DNA from: Leucoraja erinacea
Lineage: Eukaryota
Length of the DNA: 64,000 bases
Assembly: GCF_028641065.1 (NCBI RefSeq)
Contig: NC_073408.1
Coordinates: 13,516,001 to 13,580,000, forward strand
Reading direction: 5' to 3'
Part shown: positions 37,598 to 48,975 of the stretch, piece after piece
How positions within the stretch are numbered: position 1 is the stretch's first letter
How the letters are laid out: every line of letters starts with the position of its first letter
Program-made: the position numbers and the translations under genes
The notes under the pieces: model-generated
The model's input: the letters and a program-made list of their open reading frames with translations, nothing else
Told to the model about the DNA's origin: nothing
Database searches by the model: none

Positions 37598-38399
37598 GGG
37601 CGCCGCATTGATGGCAGCCTCTGCCTACAGTCTGTCTGTTTTTTCTATCTTTTTTAAAATTTTAGTTTGTCTTAACAGTATGTTTTGGAGGGATCTTTAG
37701 ATTTTCTATGTTTAAGGGGGAAACCGTTTCCCAGTAACTTCCTGGCGAGGATGCGACTATTCTCCTCCTCGCGGCCTACCAACTGGATTGGCTCGGTCTT
37801 TCCATGCCGGGGACCGGGGACCGGACCAGAGCTTCAGCAGTGGCGGCGCAGTGCTGGATTCACCGTATAGTGGGGCGATGCCTACACAGATCGCTGTTTG
37901 AAGCTCCGGAGTGTTAGGCCTGCAGCATCAACATCGCGGAGCTGTGGTTCGTAGAGCTCCCAGCGTGGGCAGCACTGACTTCAACATCCCTGGGATCCCT
38001 TTTGCCGAGGGCCACCAGCGTGAATCTCCGCCCAGCGCGGCCTGTGGACTTCGGAAGCCGCGGACTCCCGAAGTAGGATGTGGCCGATTCAGAAGTCCAA
38101 GCCACTGAGGTTGTCCGCCCGTTCCAACGTCGGAGTTCCATCATCCTGGCGAGCGGGCCTGAGCAGCTGGCCGCCCGGAGCAGCAAATGCGGAGGGCTCG
38201 ACAGGCCCCGACCACGGGTGAACATCAAGAACATCAGAGGAAGAGTGACTTTGGTGCCTTCCCTCACAGTGGGAACATTTGATTCTGCTGTGTGGGGATG
38301 TTTTATGTTGGAGTCTATCGTGCGTTGTGTTTTTTATTTGTATGGTGACCACACATTTCACTGTACCAACTGGTACATGTGACAAATAAATGTATCTTG
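37598..38399 (+). mobile_element. CpG-rich non-autonomous element with Rex1-like 3' tail
   Basis: 5' gggcgccg...atggcagcc; motif ccttccctcacagtgggaa; tail tttcactgtaccaactggtacatgtgacaaataaa; homologous to 52935-53725. Confidence 0.75.
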
Positions 38400-38416
38400 C
38401 AGTTTCCTCCCACATC

Positions 38417-38493
38417 AGCCATGATCACATTGAACGGTGGTGCTGGCTCGAAGGGCCAAATGGCCTGCTCCTGCACCTATTGTCTATTGTCTA
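38417..38493 (+). mobile_element. CR1 extreme 3' tail
   Basis: agccatgatcacattgaacggtggtgctggctcgaagggccaaatggcctgctcctgcacctattgtctattgtcta. Confidence 0.8.
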
Positions 38494-39010
38494 TCCCAAA
38501 GACATGCAGGATTACAGCATAATTGCCCCGAGTGTGCAGGGAATGGATGAAAAAGTGGAAATTAGTGCGGATGAGTGATCGATGGCTGGCATGGACTCAG
38601 TGGGCAGAGGGGCCTGTTTCCGTGCTGTATTTCTAAGCTAAACTAGATCAGACAATGGCAACAAAGAAACACATACACAATTCTGAATCTATCGCTGACA
38701 TCGATTCAGAGTCAATAACTTCATAAGGAGAGTGGACAAGTTGCAATACCAGGAATGAGAACAACTTCAGAAACAAGCAGACATAGTCTGTAAGTTCCCT
38801 TCTTAAAACGGAAAGCAGTGTGGTATATTTAATTTATGTATTATATGTAAATCAATCATGCCGTCAAAGGTGTTTTAAGCAACAGTCATGGAGAAAACCA
38901 TATTGAATTGACATCATTGAAAATAGCACTGAGTGATTGATTGCAATGTTTGAAGCTGTCAGTGTGTGACTGGGCACAATGAGATCAAGCCCACTGGATT
39001 AATCTCATTA

Positions 39011-39265
39011 TCAAGTTCAAGTTACATTTATTGTCACATGCACCAATTGGTACAGTGAGGTATGAGTTCCCATACAGCCATACGAATAAAAAAACCCCAC
39101 AATACATGACAGGGTTGAACATAAACATCCTCACACAGCGGAATCAACGTTTCCCACTGTGAGGGAAGGCAATAAAGTTCAGTCATCTTCCTCATTGTTC
39201 ACCCATGGTCGGGGCCTTTGAGCACTCCGCATTCGCCGCTACAGTGGCCCGATGTTCGGGCCCAG
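39011..39265 (-). mobile_element. 5'-truncated copy of the CpG-rich Rex1-tailed family
   Basis: tttattgtcacatgcaccaattggtacagtga tail; ttcccactgtgagggaagg at 39151-39169. Confidence 0.7.
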
Positions 39266-39489
39266 TGATATTATGGGATCACACTAAAAGACAAATATTA
39301 TTTTCATCTAATAAGGATTTCTGCAATTATAAGGGCATGTTTCAGTAGTTTCTGCTTATCGTTTGGTGGAGAATGGAAAAATGCTTTACATTATTCAAAA
39401 TTGGGGTAAAGTGTCTTGACATTAATGAAAAAATGTTGCAAGTATGTGCAGATTCCTAAAGACAGGACGGAAACCATTACTCTTTGTGT

Positions 39490-39933
39490 AACAAGGCCCA
39501 GCACAAATTGGTGGAACAACCCCTCATATTTTGCTTGGGCAGCTTACACCCCAGCTGTATGAAAATTGACTTCTCTAACTTCAAGTAGCCCTTGCTTTCC
39601 CTCTCTCTCCATCCCCTCCCCTTCCCAGTTCTCCGACCAGGCTTGCTGTCTCCGACTACATTTAATCTCTGTTTGCTTTGTTCGTTGCCTTGTCCCAACT
39701 AACAATGTTCTATTCTACATTTCCCTTGATCTCCATTCCCTTTGTCCTATTTTCACACCATACATTTCCTTATCTATGCACCTCCCACCCCCCCTGACAT
39801 CAGTCTGGAGAAGGGTCTCGACCCAAAACCTCACCCGTTCCTTCTCTTCAGAGACGCTGCCTGTCCCGCTGAGTTCCTCCAGCATTTTACATCTATCTTC
39901 GATTTAAACTGGCATCTGCAGTTCCTTCCTACA
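39490..39933 (+). mobile_element. Penelope 3' fragment with pLTR
   Basis: Reverse-orientation homolog of 4836-5230; degenerate TSD catt(a/g)ct(c/g)tttgtgt. Confidence 0.85.
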
Positions 39934-41297
39934 CATTGCTGTTTGTGTGTCAGGAGCATCTGTGGTTTATCAGACGGTCCCTGACCGTGTGTTCAATTTG
40001 AGTCTACTTTCAGCATCACACACCATTTGCTTTTTTACTTGCAGCTGCCTTGAACATTGTTGATGATAGACCAATGCTCTTCTTCTCTTCCTCATTATCT
40101 TCCATCTAATCCTCCTCAACTTCTCTTCCTCTTGGAGGTCCTCAGGCCAGGGCTCCATTTGTCTGATGGCAGGTAGTCTGGTAAACAGGAGTAGGATATG
40201 TACCTGGTTTATACTGCATGGTGGCTCATTTTCAGGCCGATGGTGCTGTCTGCTAATCTCTCTCTGCTGCTGTAATATATAACTTAATGCTCACCTGCAA
40301 GGGCTGGATGACAAAACGTGAGAAAACTCAAAAAGAAAACAAATTAGTTTTAAGTTAAGAAGAGGGGAGTTGAAGGGTGGATAAAACAAAGGGAATATTT
40401 CTGATCAGATGAGAGTACAGATGCCTTGGTGTTGAGCTGTGGGTGAAACCATGTGGTAGATGGATTAATGAGAACTGTTAGAGAGACAGAGGGGGAGAGA
40501 AACTGAAAATGAAGAAACGTGTAAAAACTATGAGGGAGAGTTGTAGGGATTACCCTGAATGTCAGGGCAGGTTAGTGGAGAAAGAATAACTTATTGAGCT
40601 ACGGTAATTGAATATTTCTTCCATTCCCCCCCCGTATAGCTTTTATATGCAGCTTGCCTTTAGACGATGAGCTCTGTCTGTTCATTGCATGATGTAAAAG
40701 TTGAATGTGATACACACAATGTCCTACCGACAATGTCAAGTGTTTTATTTCCACACCATAACTTCGTATGTCATTTATTCCCTTCTGCTATGAAGCTACA
40801 ATTACAGAGCAGTCTCACTGTTTATAGCTAATATCTGTACTTTCAAATCAAGAGCTTTGTGCAATTCACTTAAACATCTCCAAAATGAAAGGGTTGATTT
40901 TAAAGTAAAATTACTAAAGTCAGTTAATTTATTGCTATTAACGTATTCATAAGGAATCTATTCTACTTATCTGGCATGATTGAACATAAATCCAGATTGA
41001 TAATTAACTGACTTGACAAGAAGCATTAAGTAGAGTTAGAATTTATATAAACAGCATATAAGAATATCAATTTACAAATCTTTGCAATTAAACTAATTTA
41101 ACCGTTGTTCAGGAGGTTAAACAAAAGAATGGCAAATAAAGTAATTTTAAAGTAGTCGCATTCAAAGTATGCTGCCCACGAAATATGGCAATGTAATGAC
41201 ATTGGCCTATCCAATCATCGCAAGAGGAAATCGGGTGCCATGTAAAATAATATTGGAGAGTATGTTCATTTGGTGTTGTTCAATATGTTACTTTGGT

Positions 41298-41527
41298 ATT
41301 GGAGGAAGCACTGATGTGGAGTAGAAGATCACACTGCTTTTGTGTTGGACAATGTACTGGTTTGGTGTTGGGGAAAAGATAGGTTAGATATTGGAGCTCA
41401 CAGTAGTCTGTTCGTGGAGAATGCACTGGTCTGATATTAGTGAATACACAGATTAGATGTTGGTGATCACACTATTCTGGTGTTGGAGGATGTTTAGATA
41501 TGGCATTGGTGATCACACTGGTTTGGA
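41298..41527. repeat. Degenerate 23-bp minisatellite (about 10 units)
   Basis: Units start at 41298, 41321, 41344, 41367, 41390, 41413, 41436, 41459; consensus near rttggagatcacactggtttgrt. Confidence 0.75.
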
Positions 41528-41574
41528 CCATAAGATCATAATCCTACACTTGTATCACATTCCCACACATTAAA

Positions 41575-41930
41575 AACATAAGACATAGGAGCAGAATTAG
41601 GCCATTCAACCCTTCAAGTCTGCTACACCGTTCGATCGTGACTGATCGATTTTTCTCTCTCAACCCCATTCTCCTGCCTTCTCACCATAGCATTCGCCCT
41701 TACTAATCAAGAACTTATCAATCTCTACTTTAAATATACCCAATGACATGGCCTCCACAGTTGTCTGTGGCAATGAATTCCACAGATTCACCACCGTCTG
41801 GTTAAAGAAAATCTTCCTCACCTCAATTTTAAAAGTACGCCCTTTAATCTGAGGCTGTGCCCTTTAGCCTTTGACTCTCTAACAATTGGAATCGGCCTCA
41901 CCTTATCCACTCTATGTAGGCCCTTCATGA
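41575..41930 (-). mobile_element. CR1/HER1 LINE 3' end
   Basis: cataagacataggagcagaattaggccattc...ctgtggcaatgaattccacagattcaccac. Confidence 0.85.
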
Positions 41931-42721
41931 TATGGGTTGGCATTGGAGATTGTGTTATGGGATGTTCTTGATTTCACAGAAACAACATGAAACATATCTG
42001 AAATTTTCTAAATGCATATTTTTCTACAGATTATTGATTGCCCTAGATATCATTACCATTTACTGGAATTTATCGTGTTTCAATGCTAACCCATGATCAA
42101 ATATTCTTCAGTGATTTGCCCACAATATTGTGAATGCATGGTTTGCAGCATTCAGATTTGAACAATTTAAAATTTTCTCCCATGCAAGCAACATCAAAAA
42201 ATATAGTTGAAGAAAACATTTTTTTTTTTCTTGGGTAAGTTATAAAAATATGGTCACCAGGATATTTGGAGTTAAAAATCATTTGTTGGAAATTGTGATG
42301 ATTTCTAACCAGAGATAACACATGAACATCGCCTTGCTTAACAGTCAGTGCTGATAATAAAAATGGGTCTCGAATAGTCTCAAAGTTTTCCTGACAATTC
42401 AGACTCCACATAACAATCCTATTTTGATGCAGATCACAAAAGCTACTGGGTATACATTACTTGGTGATTGGCAAGAACAGCTTTCAACATTGTCACTCAT
42501 CAGCTGAATGTATCTGAAATACTCCCTCTATTTGCAGACGAATATGTAAAAGAAACAATGTGCCCTGCAGAATCATAAACCAAGGAGCAATTTATATTCT
42601 GCATGTTAGGAATACATATTCTAAAATGTGATTGTACTGCGATCTAATGGATCTGATGAAAGTTTTCTGTTCATTATAGACATTTTATTGATGTTAGAGA
42701 TAATATATCAGACCTTAATTC

Positions 42722-42920
42722 TGTAGAAATGAGGAACTACAGATATTGGTTTACAAAAAAATACACAAAGTGCTGGAGTAACTCAGCAGGTCATGTAGCA
42801 TTCCTGGAGAACAGGAATAGATGATATTTTGGATCTGGACCCTCTGTCGGGACCTGGAACATCACCCATCCATGTTCTCCAAGAAGTTGCCGGACTCGCT
42901 GAGTTACTCCAGCACTTTGT
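42722..42920. mobile_element. Decayed inverted pLTR dimer
   Basis: acaaagtgctggagtaactcagc...ctggagaaca / tgttctcca...gctgagttactccagcactttgt. Confidence 0.75.
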
Positions 42921-43018
42921 TAGCTCATAATTTTGTTTGATTAGATGCTACAGAATGACTCCATACAGGAGATATTGTTACACTGTTGATGAATGAATCT
43001 AAAGCATCTGATAATTAA

Positions 43019-43830
43019 AGGGGCTGTCCCACTGCGGCGACCGAATTGGCGACTTTAGAAGAGTTTAGGAGAGTTTGAAAAAGTGTCATGTTGAAGACCT
43101 CCTTTGACTATGTCGAAGACTAGCTTTGACTAGCTTCAGGGAAATTGGACGCCGAATAGTGGAGAGTGAAGACAACCTCCTTCGATCTCCTTTGACCTCT
43201 CTTCGACAAGCTACGACTACCTTCGACTACCCTCGATTACCTACGAATTACATGCCGACCTATTACAACCTTCCTCAACTAAATCTACGAGTAAAAAAAA
43301 AATGGATTTTTAACTTGTGGGCATTTTTCAGCATGTTGAAAAATATACCACAACCTAGCTGAGGCCTCAAGTACGCGGGGACTACTGTCGAGCATGAAGG
43401 AGAGTAAAGGGCTTGTCCCACTTTCCCGAGTTACTCACGAACTCTCCCACATTTTCCCCTTGATTTGAACTTGGGGAATGTCAGGTAATGTCGGTAGCGA
43501 ACACGTAGGAGTCCGTAGATGTTTCGTAGCGGCTCGTAATGCCAGCCGGAGGAACTGGGGACATCAGGTTAGTCGGGACGTTTTGTCAACATGTTGAAAA
43601 ATGTCCACAAGTTAAAAAAAATAGCCCCGAGTACCTACAAACTGCTATTACCATAATTCTCTGTGTTTGAATCAAGGGAAAAGTCGGGAGAGTTTGTGAG
43701 TTTCTCGGAAAAGTGGGACAGGGCCTTAACAAAGACCTCCTAGGACCTCATGTTGACCATGCTGCGAGTATGAGTCGAGGGCAAACTCTTCTGAAATCAT
43801 GGATTAGGTCGCCCCAGTGGAACAGCCCCT
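43019..43830. mobile_element. PIF/Harbinger-type MITE (outer)
   Basis: TIRs aggggctgtcccactgcggcgacc / ggtcgccccagtggaacagcccct; TAA TSD at 43016-43018 and 43831-43833. Confidence 0.88.
43408..43726. mobile_element. PIF/Harbinger-type MITE (nested, inner)
   Basis: TIRs agggcttgtcccactttcccgag / ctcggaaaagtgggacagggcct; TAA TSD at 43405-43407 and 43727-43729. Confidence 0.88.
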
Positions 43831-44409
43831 TAAGGAACATTTAGACTTCAGGGTGACTTGATACTAAGAGCATGGCGTATTTTTAGTGGGTCATATTAAA
43901 CGGAATACTCTCAGTTTGAAAGTAGAAACAAGGAACTGCATATAGTGGTTGGATCCCAGTCTGCACTGTATAAAGTCTACATTTCCAGGCCAGCATTAGG
44001 TGAACTATAATCCATATTTGTTTTTGTTGCAATTTAGCACAAGACTCACACTGAGACAAACATCAATTGCTACTGGAAGAAAACCAATTTAGTAAATCAA
44101 GTGCCGGTTTGAACTGAAAGGTATTGACATTCCATGTGAAGGGGTACATGTTGCCTGCTGGCACAATGTGTGTCCTAGATGCACAGTGTTGCGGGATGAA
44201 CTGAACTAAGAGAAAGTCCACACAATGGGTTTAACACAAAACGCACTGCATAGTGTGCTGCAATGAACCTTGATTCTTTCCCCTTCTCCTTCCCTACTAC
44301 CATGTGTGTATATAATATATATACAAAAGATACATGGAGGTAACCTATTGTCAATATTCAGGCAAGGTATTGATTTGAAGTACTTTGTCTGGAATTCTGT
44401 CTTTTTGGT

Positions 44410-44718
44410 CTAGTTTAGTTTAGTGGAATAATGTGAACACAGGCCCTTCGGTTCATTCCGACCTTTGATCATCGCACACTTGTTCCATGTAATCCCACTT
44501 TTGCATTCTGTACACTAGGGGCAATTTACATCGGTCAATTAACCAAAAAACCTGCACATCTTTGGAATGTGTGAGGAGACCCGAGCACCCAAAGAAAACC
44601 CATGTGGTCGCAGGGAGAATGCACAAACTCCCTACAGCCAGCACACCCGTAGTCAGGATCAAACCCGGGTCTCTGGCACTGTGAGGCAGCAGGCCCCTCT
44701 GTTGCGCCACTTTGCCTC
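44410..44718 (-). mobile_element. HE1-type SINE
   Basis: (tttag)n tail, caggcccttcgg, gtcaggatcaaacccgggtctctggcactgtgaggcagc. Confidence 0.88.
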
Positions 44719-44949
44719 CTATATGATATCACTTGTATTGTATAAAAGGGAAATTATAACTCGGGATTTCTGTCCACTTGCTATTCCTTATTTATAATTT
44801 CTCCTAATGATATAAAAGGGGACTATTTTGGCTCATCAAGTTCATGCTATCTTACAGAGCAATACCATTCTCCACTAGTTTTTCCTGTAACATTCCTATC
44901 AAACACCTCTTGGAACCTACCACTTAATAACACACTTGTGTCGATTTAC

Positions 44950-45105
44950 CTGTCACCATTTAAGTCCTCAATTGACAGACTTTGGGATGTAGGCCAAACA
45001 TGAAGTATTTAGATGTAACCCAAATTGACACAGGGAGGACGTGCAAACTCCACACAGAGAGCATCCGAGGTCAGAATTGAACCTGGGTTGCTGAGGCAGA
45101 GGCTT
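44950..45105 (-). mobile_element. Decayed HE1-type SINE
   Basis: cacagggaggacgtgcaaactccacacaga...gtcagaattgaacctgggt. Confidence 0.6.
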
Positions 45106-46104
45106 TATTTCCTGTTTTACTCTGCTGCCAAAGAATCCAATTGGAAAAATAATTACTTCTGCATCCTTCACTGCACATGGGCTGATCTGAGATTATTTAT
45201 GATGCATTCTACAGCTTATTGGCACTCAGTATTTTTTGTCTCATTGAAGAAGACCGTCAGATGAGGTACTGAAATACAAATAGAACTTAAACTGTGCCAC
45301 AGTTCAAGTCAATCCTTTTTGGAGAAAAGAGAAAATCGAAGGAAGAAAGAAGTGTGCAGGCCTGTCAATTGCTGGTTGCAAAAATCTATCGTGGCACTGA
45401 CAACTCACTTCTAGGCAGCTGCCATGGCAACCGTATCCCAGAGGCCTTTGAATATATTACTTCCTCTCTTCGTTCAGATAAGCATTAACTCTCTGTTGTG
45501 GATTGGTTACCTGAAAATAAAATCCAAATGTGATAACAAATAGATCATTTGCAGAAATAGTCTGTCTGAGAAATTAAAATTTCATTATCATTCTAAAATA
45601 TCATCCCATTTGGCAAAAAAATATGAAAGGGTAAAATAAAACAGAAAAGATGAAAATGCGCGTTAAAGAAAAATTATGAATTATAGCGTAAGTTGACTGG
45701 AATGGAAAAAGCGAGTGTGTTGCCAAAAATGGTGCATTGGAATTACAATGCACAAGGAGCTGGAGATCACACCTGAGATTTGTCCACACAGCTGAACAAC
45801 ATAATTGCAGTATCCAACCAGTCCAAAACAAGCTGCTTTGTGCACCAACTCACATTCATAGGGTACAATTCAGCAGTTGCTGGGCCAAAATGATGCTGAA
45901 TGAAGTTGTATATGTGAGCTGCCCAATGTTGTCAAACACTCCCGCTGGAAGTCGCTGCATGGTTTTGGCATAATGAACTGGCGTGGTCTCAGGAAATGTT
46001 TAATGATATTTTGTGAGGTTAAGGTCACCTTATCTGCAATCCCAGCGGGATCATATTCAAAGCTTCCATAGTATTTGAAAACATTCTTCAACAGGATGAT
46101 GGAT

Positions 46105-46300
46105 ATATGGAATGGATGCCAGAGGAGGGTGTTCAAGCAAAGTACTAATACCACATTAAAATACATTTGGACAGGTACATAGCTAGAAAAGGTTTAGGGG
46201 GAAGTGGGCCAAACACATGCAGGTGGGATTTGTGTAGGTAAAGCATCTTGTCGGCATGGGGAAGTTGGGTCAAGGGGCTTATTTCAATGCCATATGACCC
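46105..46300 (+). mobile_element. CR1/HER1 3' tail
   Basis: atggaatggatgccagagg...catttggacaggtacat...gttgggtcaaggggcttatttc. Confidence 0.7.
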
Positions 46301-46779
46301 GATGACAATGATCAAGGACGTTTTCAATTCCTGGTGGGATTTTGTACAGTGCAAGGTCGAAATTGATAAGAGTCATTGGAAGCATGCCAAATTTCCCTGA
46401 ACTGAATAAGATCTTAACTCTCTTCACAGATGCAGTCTGACTTTTTGAGCATCTTGAGACTTTGTATTTTTATCCTGCAAAGTAACGGGGGGATTTTAAG
46501 ACGACATGAAAATAATGCAAATTGGTTCATTATCTCTCACTCTTTGGGTTAGAAACTTGTGACTTCTGAGTTTTGGACATTCTAAACTTTTGGATGCCAT
46601 GCATTGTGCTTTTTGCTAACTCAAGAAGTGGACTTTTCCACAACTTTCAATGCTGCATCTTGCAGGAATCAGCATTAATATTAAATGGAATTTGCTATCT
46701 TATCATTGGAAATGAAGCAATTCGATATAGTGGTTTGGAAAGAGCTTATGTTTTTTTAGGAAGCCCTGCCGGTTTTTAT

Positions 46780-46910
46780 TTAGGAAGGAATTGCAGATGC
46801 TGGTTTAAACCAGAGATAGGCACAAAATGCTGGAGTAACTCAGTGGGACAGCCAGCATCTTTGGAGAGAAAGAATGAATTACGTTTCGGGTCGAGTCCCT
46901 TCTTCAGACT
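46780..46910 (-). mobile_element. Solo pLTR with hammerhead motif (46880-46907)
   Basis: Reverse complement reads ctgaagaagggactcgacccgaaacgta. Confidence 0.8.
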
Positions 46911-47162
46911 TATTCTTTCAGACTGGCAAATTTTTGTTTTCTAGTTTTGCTGAGCCATGTAAATATAACAATTATAATAAATTTGGCTTATTGTTAACAC
47001 ATCACAATGATAACAAACATAAGAGAGGAGAACATTTGCATTTCTGGGGCACTATCACTTGAAACAATTATTTCACAAGTGTTACAAATAGCTGGACTAG
47101 GAGAATAATGGCATGGTTTGGCAAAGTCCAAATTAACATGGTGCCACAGTGAATCTAATTGT

Positions 47163-47323
47163 CTGGCAGCATCTCTGGAGAAAAAAAGGTGGGTGATACT
47201 TCAGGTTGGAAACTGATCCAGGGTCAGAACCATGGTCTTAAGAAGTGTTCCGACCCAAAATGTCACCCATCCTATTCCTCCAGAGATGCTGCCTGACCCG
47301 CTGACCCACTCCAGCACTTTGTG
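47163..47323. mobile_element. Decayed inverted pLTR dimer
   Basis: ggcagcatctctggag...gggtgatacttcagg / aagaagtgttccgacccaaaatgtcaccc...ctccagagatgctgcc. Confidence 0.7.
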
Positions 47324-47606
47324 ATTACATCCACACATTTAAACTCCATTCACGCAATCTATCAATATCTCGATCTATCAATAATTGATTTATGTCGATA
47401 TCATGTTGCAGTCATCATATCCTTATCCCAACTTGCCCTTCCACCAAATGCATCATCAATGAAGCAATGACTGCTAAGGGCTGGTGGGGTCAGATATAAA
47501 ACATATCTCTCCCTCTTGGCTCAGTAAGTTACAACATTCTATAGACCCAATAGTAATCCCAGGGATGGAGCAAGAGATCAAAAGTCCCCACATCGAACAT
47601 TCTTCT

Positions 47607-47700
47607 CAGTCTGAGCAAGGGTCCCGTACCGAAATGTCATCTGTCCATGTCCCACCACAGATGCTGCCTGCCCTGCTGAGTTCCTCCAGCAGTTTCTTTT
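47607..47700 (+). mobile_element. Decayed solo pLTR
   Basis: cagtctgagcaagggtcccgtaccgaaatgtc...gctgagttcctccagc. Confidence 0.7.
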
Positions 47701-47784
47701 TTTAAACTTTTGATTGCGAGTGATGGATTTAAAAATGACACTGCTGCTGACCCTGTTGTTGCCAGTCAACTGGACCCTGACAAC

Positions 47785-48085
47785 TTTAAGGATCGGGGGT
47801 AGGCCATTTAGAACTGAGATGAGGAAACACGTTTTCATCCAGAAAGTTGTCAATCTGTGGAAATCTCTGCCACAGTGGGGAGTGGAGGCCAATTCATTGG
47901 ATGTTTTCAAGAGAGAGTTAGATTTAGCTCTTAAGGCTAAGGGAATCTCTAGGGATATGGAGAAAAAGCAGGAATGGGGTACTGATTTTGGATGATCAGC
48001 CATGATCATATTGATTGGCGGTGCTGGCTTGAATGGCCGAATGGCCTACTCCTGCACCTATTTTCTACGTTCTATTGTTCTATGT
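47785..48085 (+). mobile_element. CR1/HER1 LINE 3' end
   Basis: LRIGGRPFRTEMRKHVFIQKVVNLWKSLPQWGVEA..FKRELD plus 3' UTR. Confidence 0.88.
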
Positions 48086-48796
48086 AAAGTGCATCGTTTT
48101 CCAGACACACTTTATTTACTTGTGCACAGGAAGGCAGCGCAGTCCCAGTTACCGTCCTATTCTGGAATTCTACTCGGAACTGTCAGATACAGGTTTTGAC
48201 CCTTGAAATTACTCACTCTCTAATTTCTTATCACCAATCACAATATATTCTCAAGAACACTAATATCTAATAAAACTACATGCTATTCATTCCTTTGTTT
48301 GTATTTAATTTTAATAAGAATAACTATCAAGAAACTCATGTTCTAGGTTATTGATAGCTCTACATCAAAGGATGCCTACCAAGTACCTTGTGCTACATGT
48401 CAAAGGATATCCAAAGGTACTTGTGCTGTACAGCTATCATAACCTTTATCGTACTGCCCTTTCCACAGCCCACATGTGTGTCTCTGGCTAGGTGTGCAAA
48501 GTAGACATCAATGTGTTAACTGGAATATATTCTTCCTGGGTACACAAAAAAGCTGGGTTCAATGTGGCGAAATTCCAGCTGGTGTCAAGAACTACCGCCT
48601 GCAGCCCTGCAACAGTCAGTTAATGCAACCCGCTGGTCTCCCAAATGCTGGTCCATATGTAAGGACTGTACATTAGTCGGCCGTTTCTAACCTGGGGGTG
48701 ACCTGTATCTCACACAGTGACATTGTAGCAGAGCAACTGCTGCGTATCTGGACTTCAACAAAGCAAGGGCAACAGAATGTTTCTACTCCAAGATAG

Positions 48797-48975
48797 TTCA
48801 GCTCAGCTCAGTTTAGTTTATTGTCACGTGTGCCGAAAAGTTAAGCGAGAAGCTTTTGTTGTGTGCTTATCCCGTCAGCAGAAAGACAATACATGATTAC
48901 AGTTGTGCCATTCCAGTGTATAGAAACATGATAAGGGAATAATATTTAGTGCAAGGTTAAGCCAGCAAAGTCTGT
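48797..48975 (-). mobile_element. Rex1-like 3' tail
   Basis: gtttagtttattgtcacgtgtgccg...gcttttgttg. Confidence 0.6.

Larger units (their letters stand above)
37475..38646 (+). mobile_element. HE1-type SINE split by two younger insertions
   Basis: Head 37475-37590, middle 38400-38416, remainder 38494-38646 with tail ggggcctgtttccgtgctgtatttctaag. Confidence 0.75.

Noticed and set aside
37598-37700. HDV-like ribozyme at the 5' end of the CpG-rich family
   Set aside because: Could not build the nested double pseudoknot by eye; would need a descriptor search
41298-41527. CRISPR-like array
   Set aside because: Contiguous degenerate tandem units without spacers; eukaryotic context; no cas genes
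48355-48435. Short duplicated tcaaaggat...cttgtgct unit
   Set aside because: Two degenerate copies only; ordinary slippage
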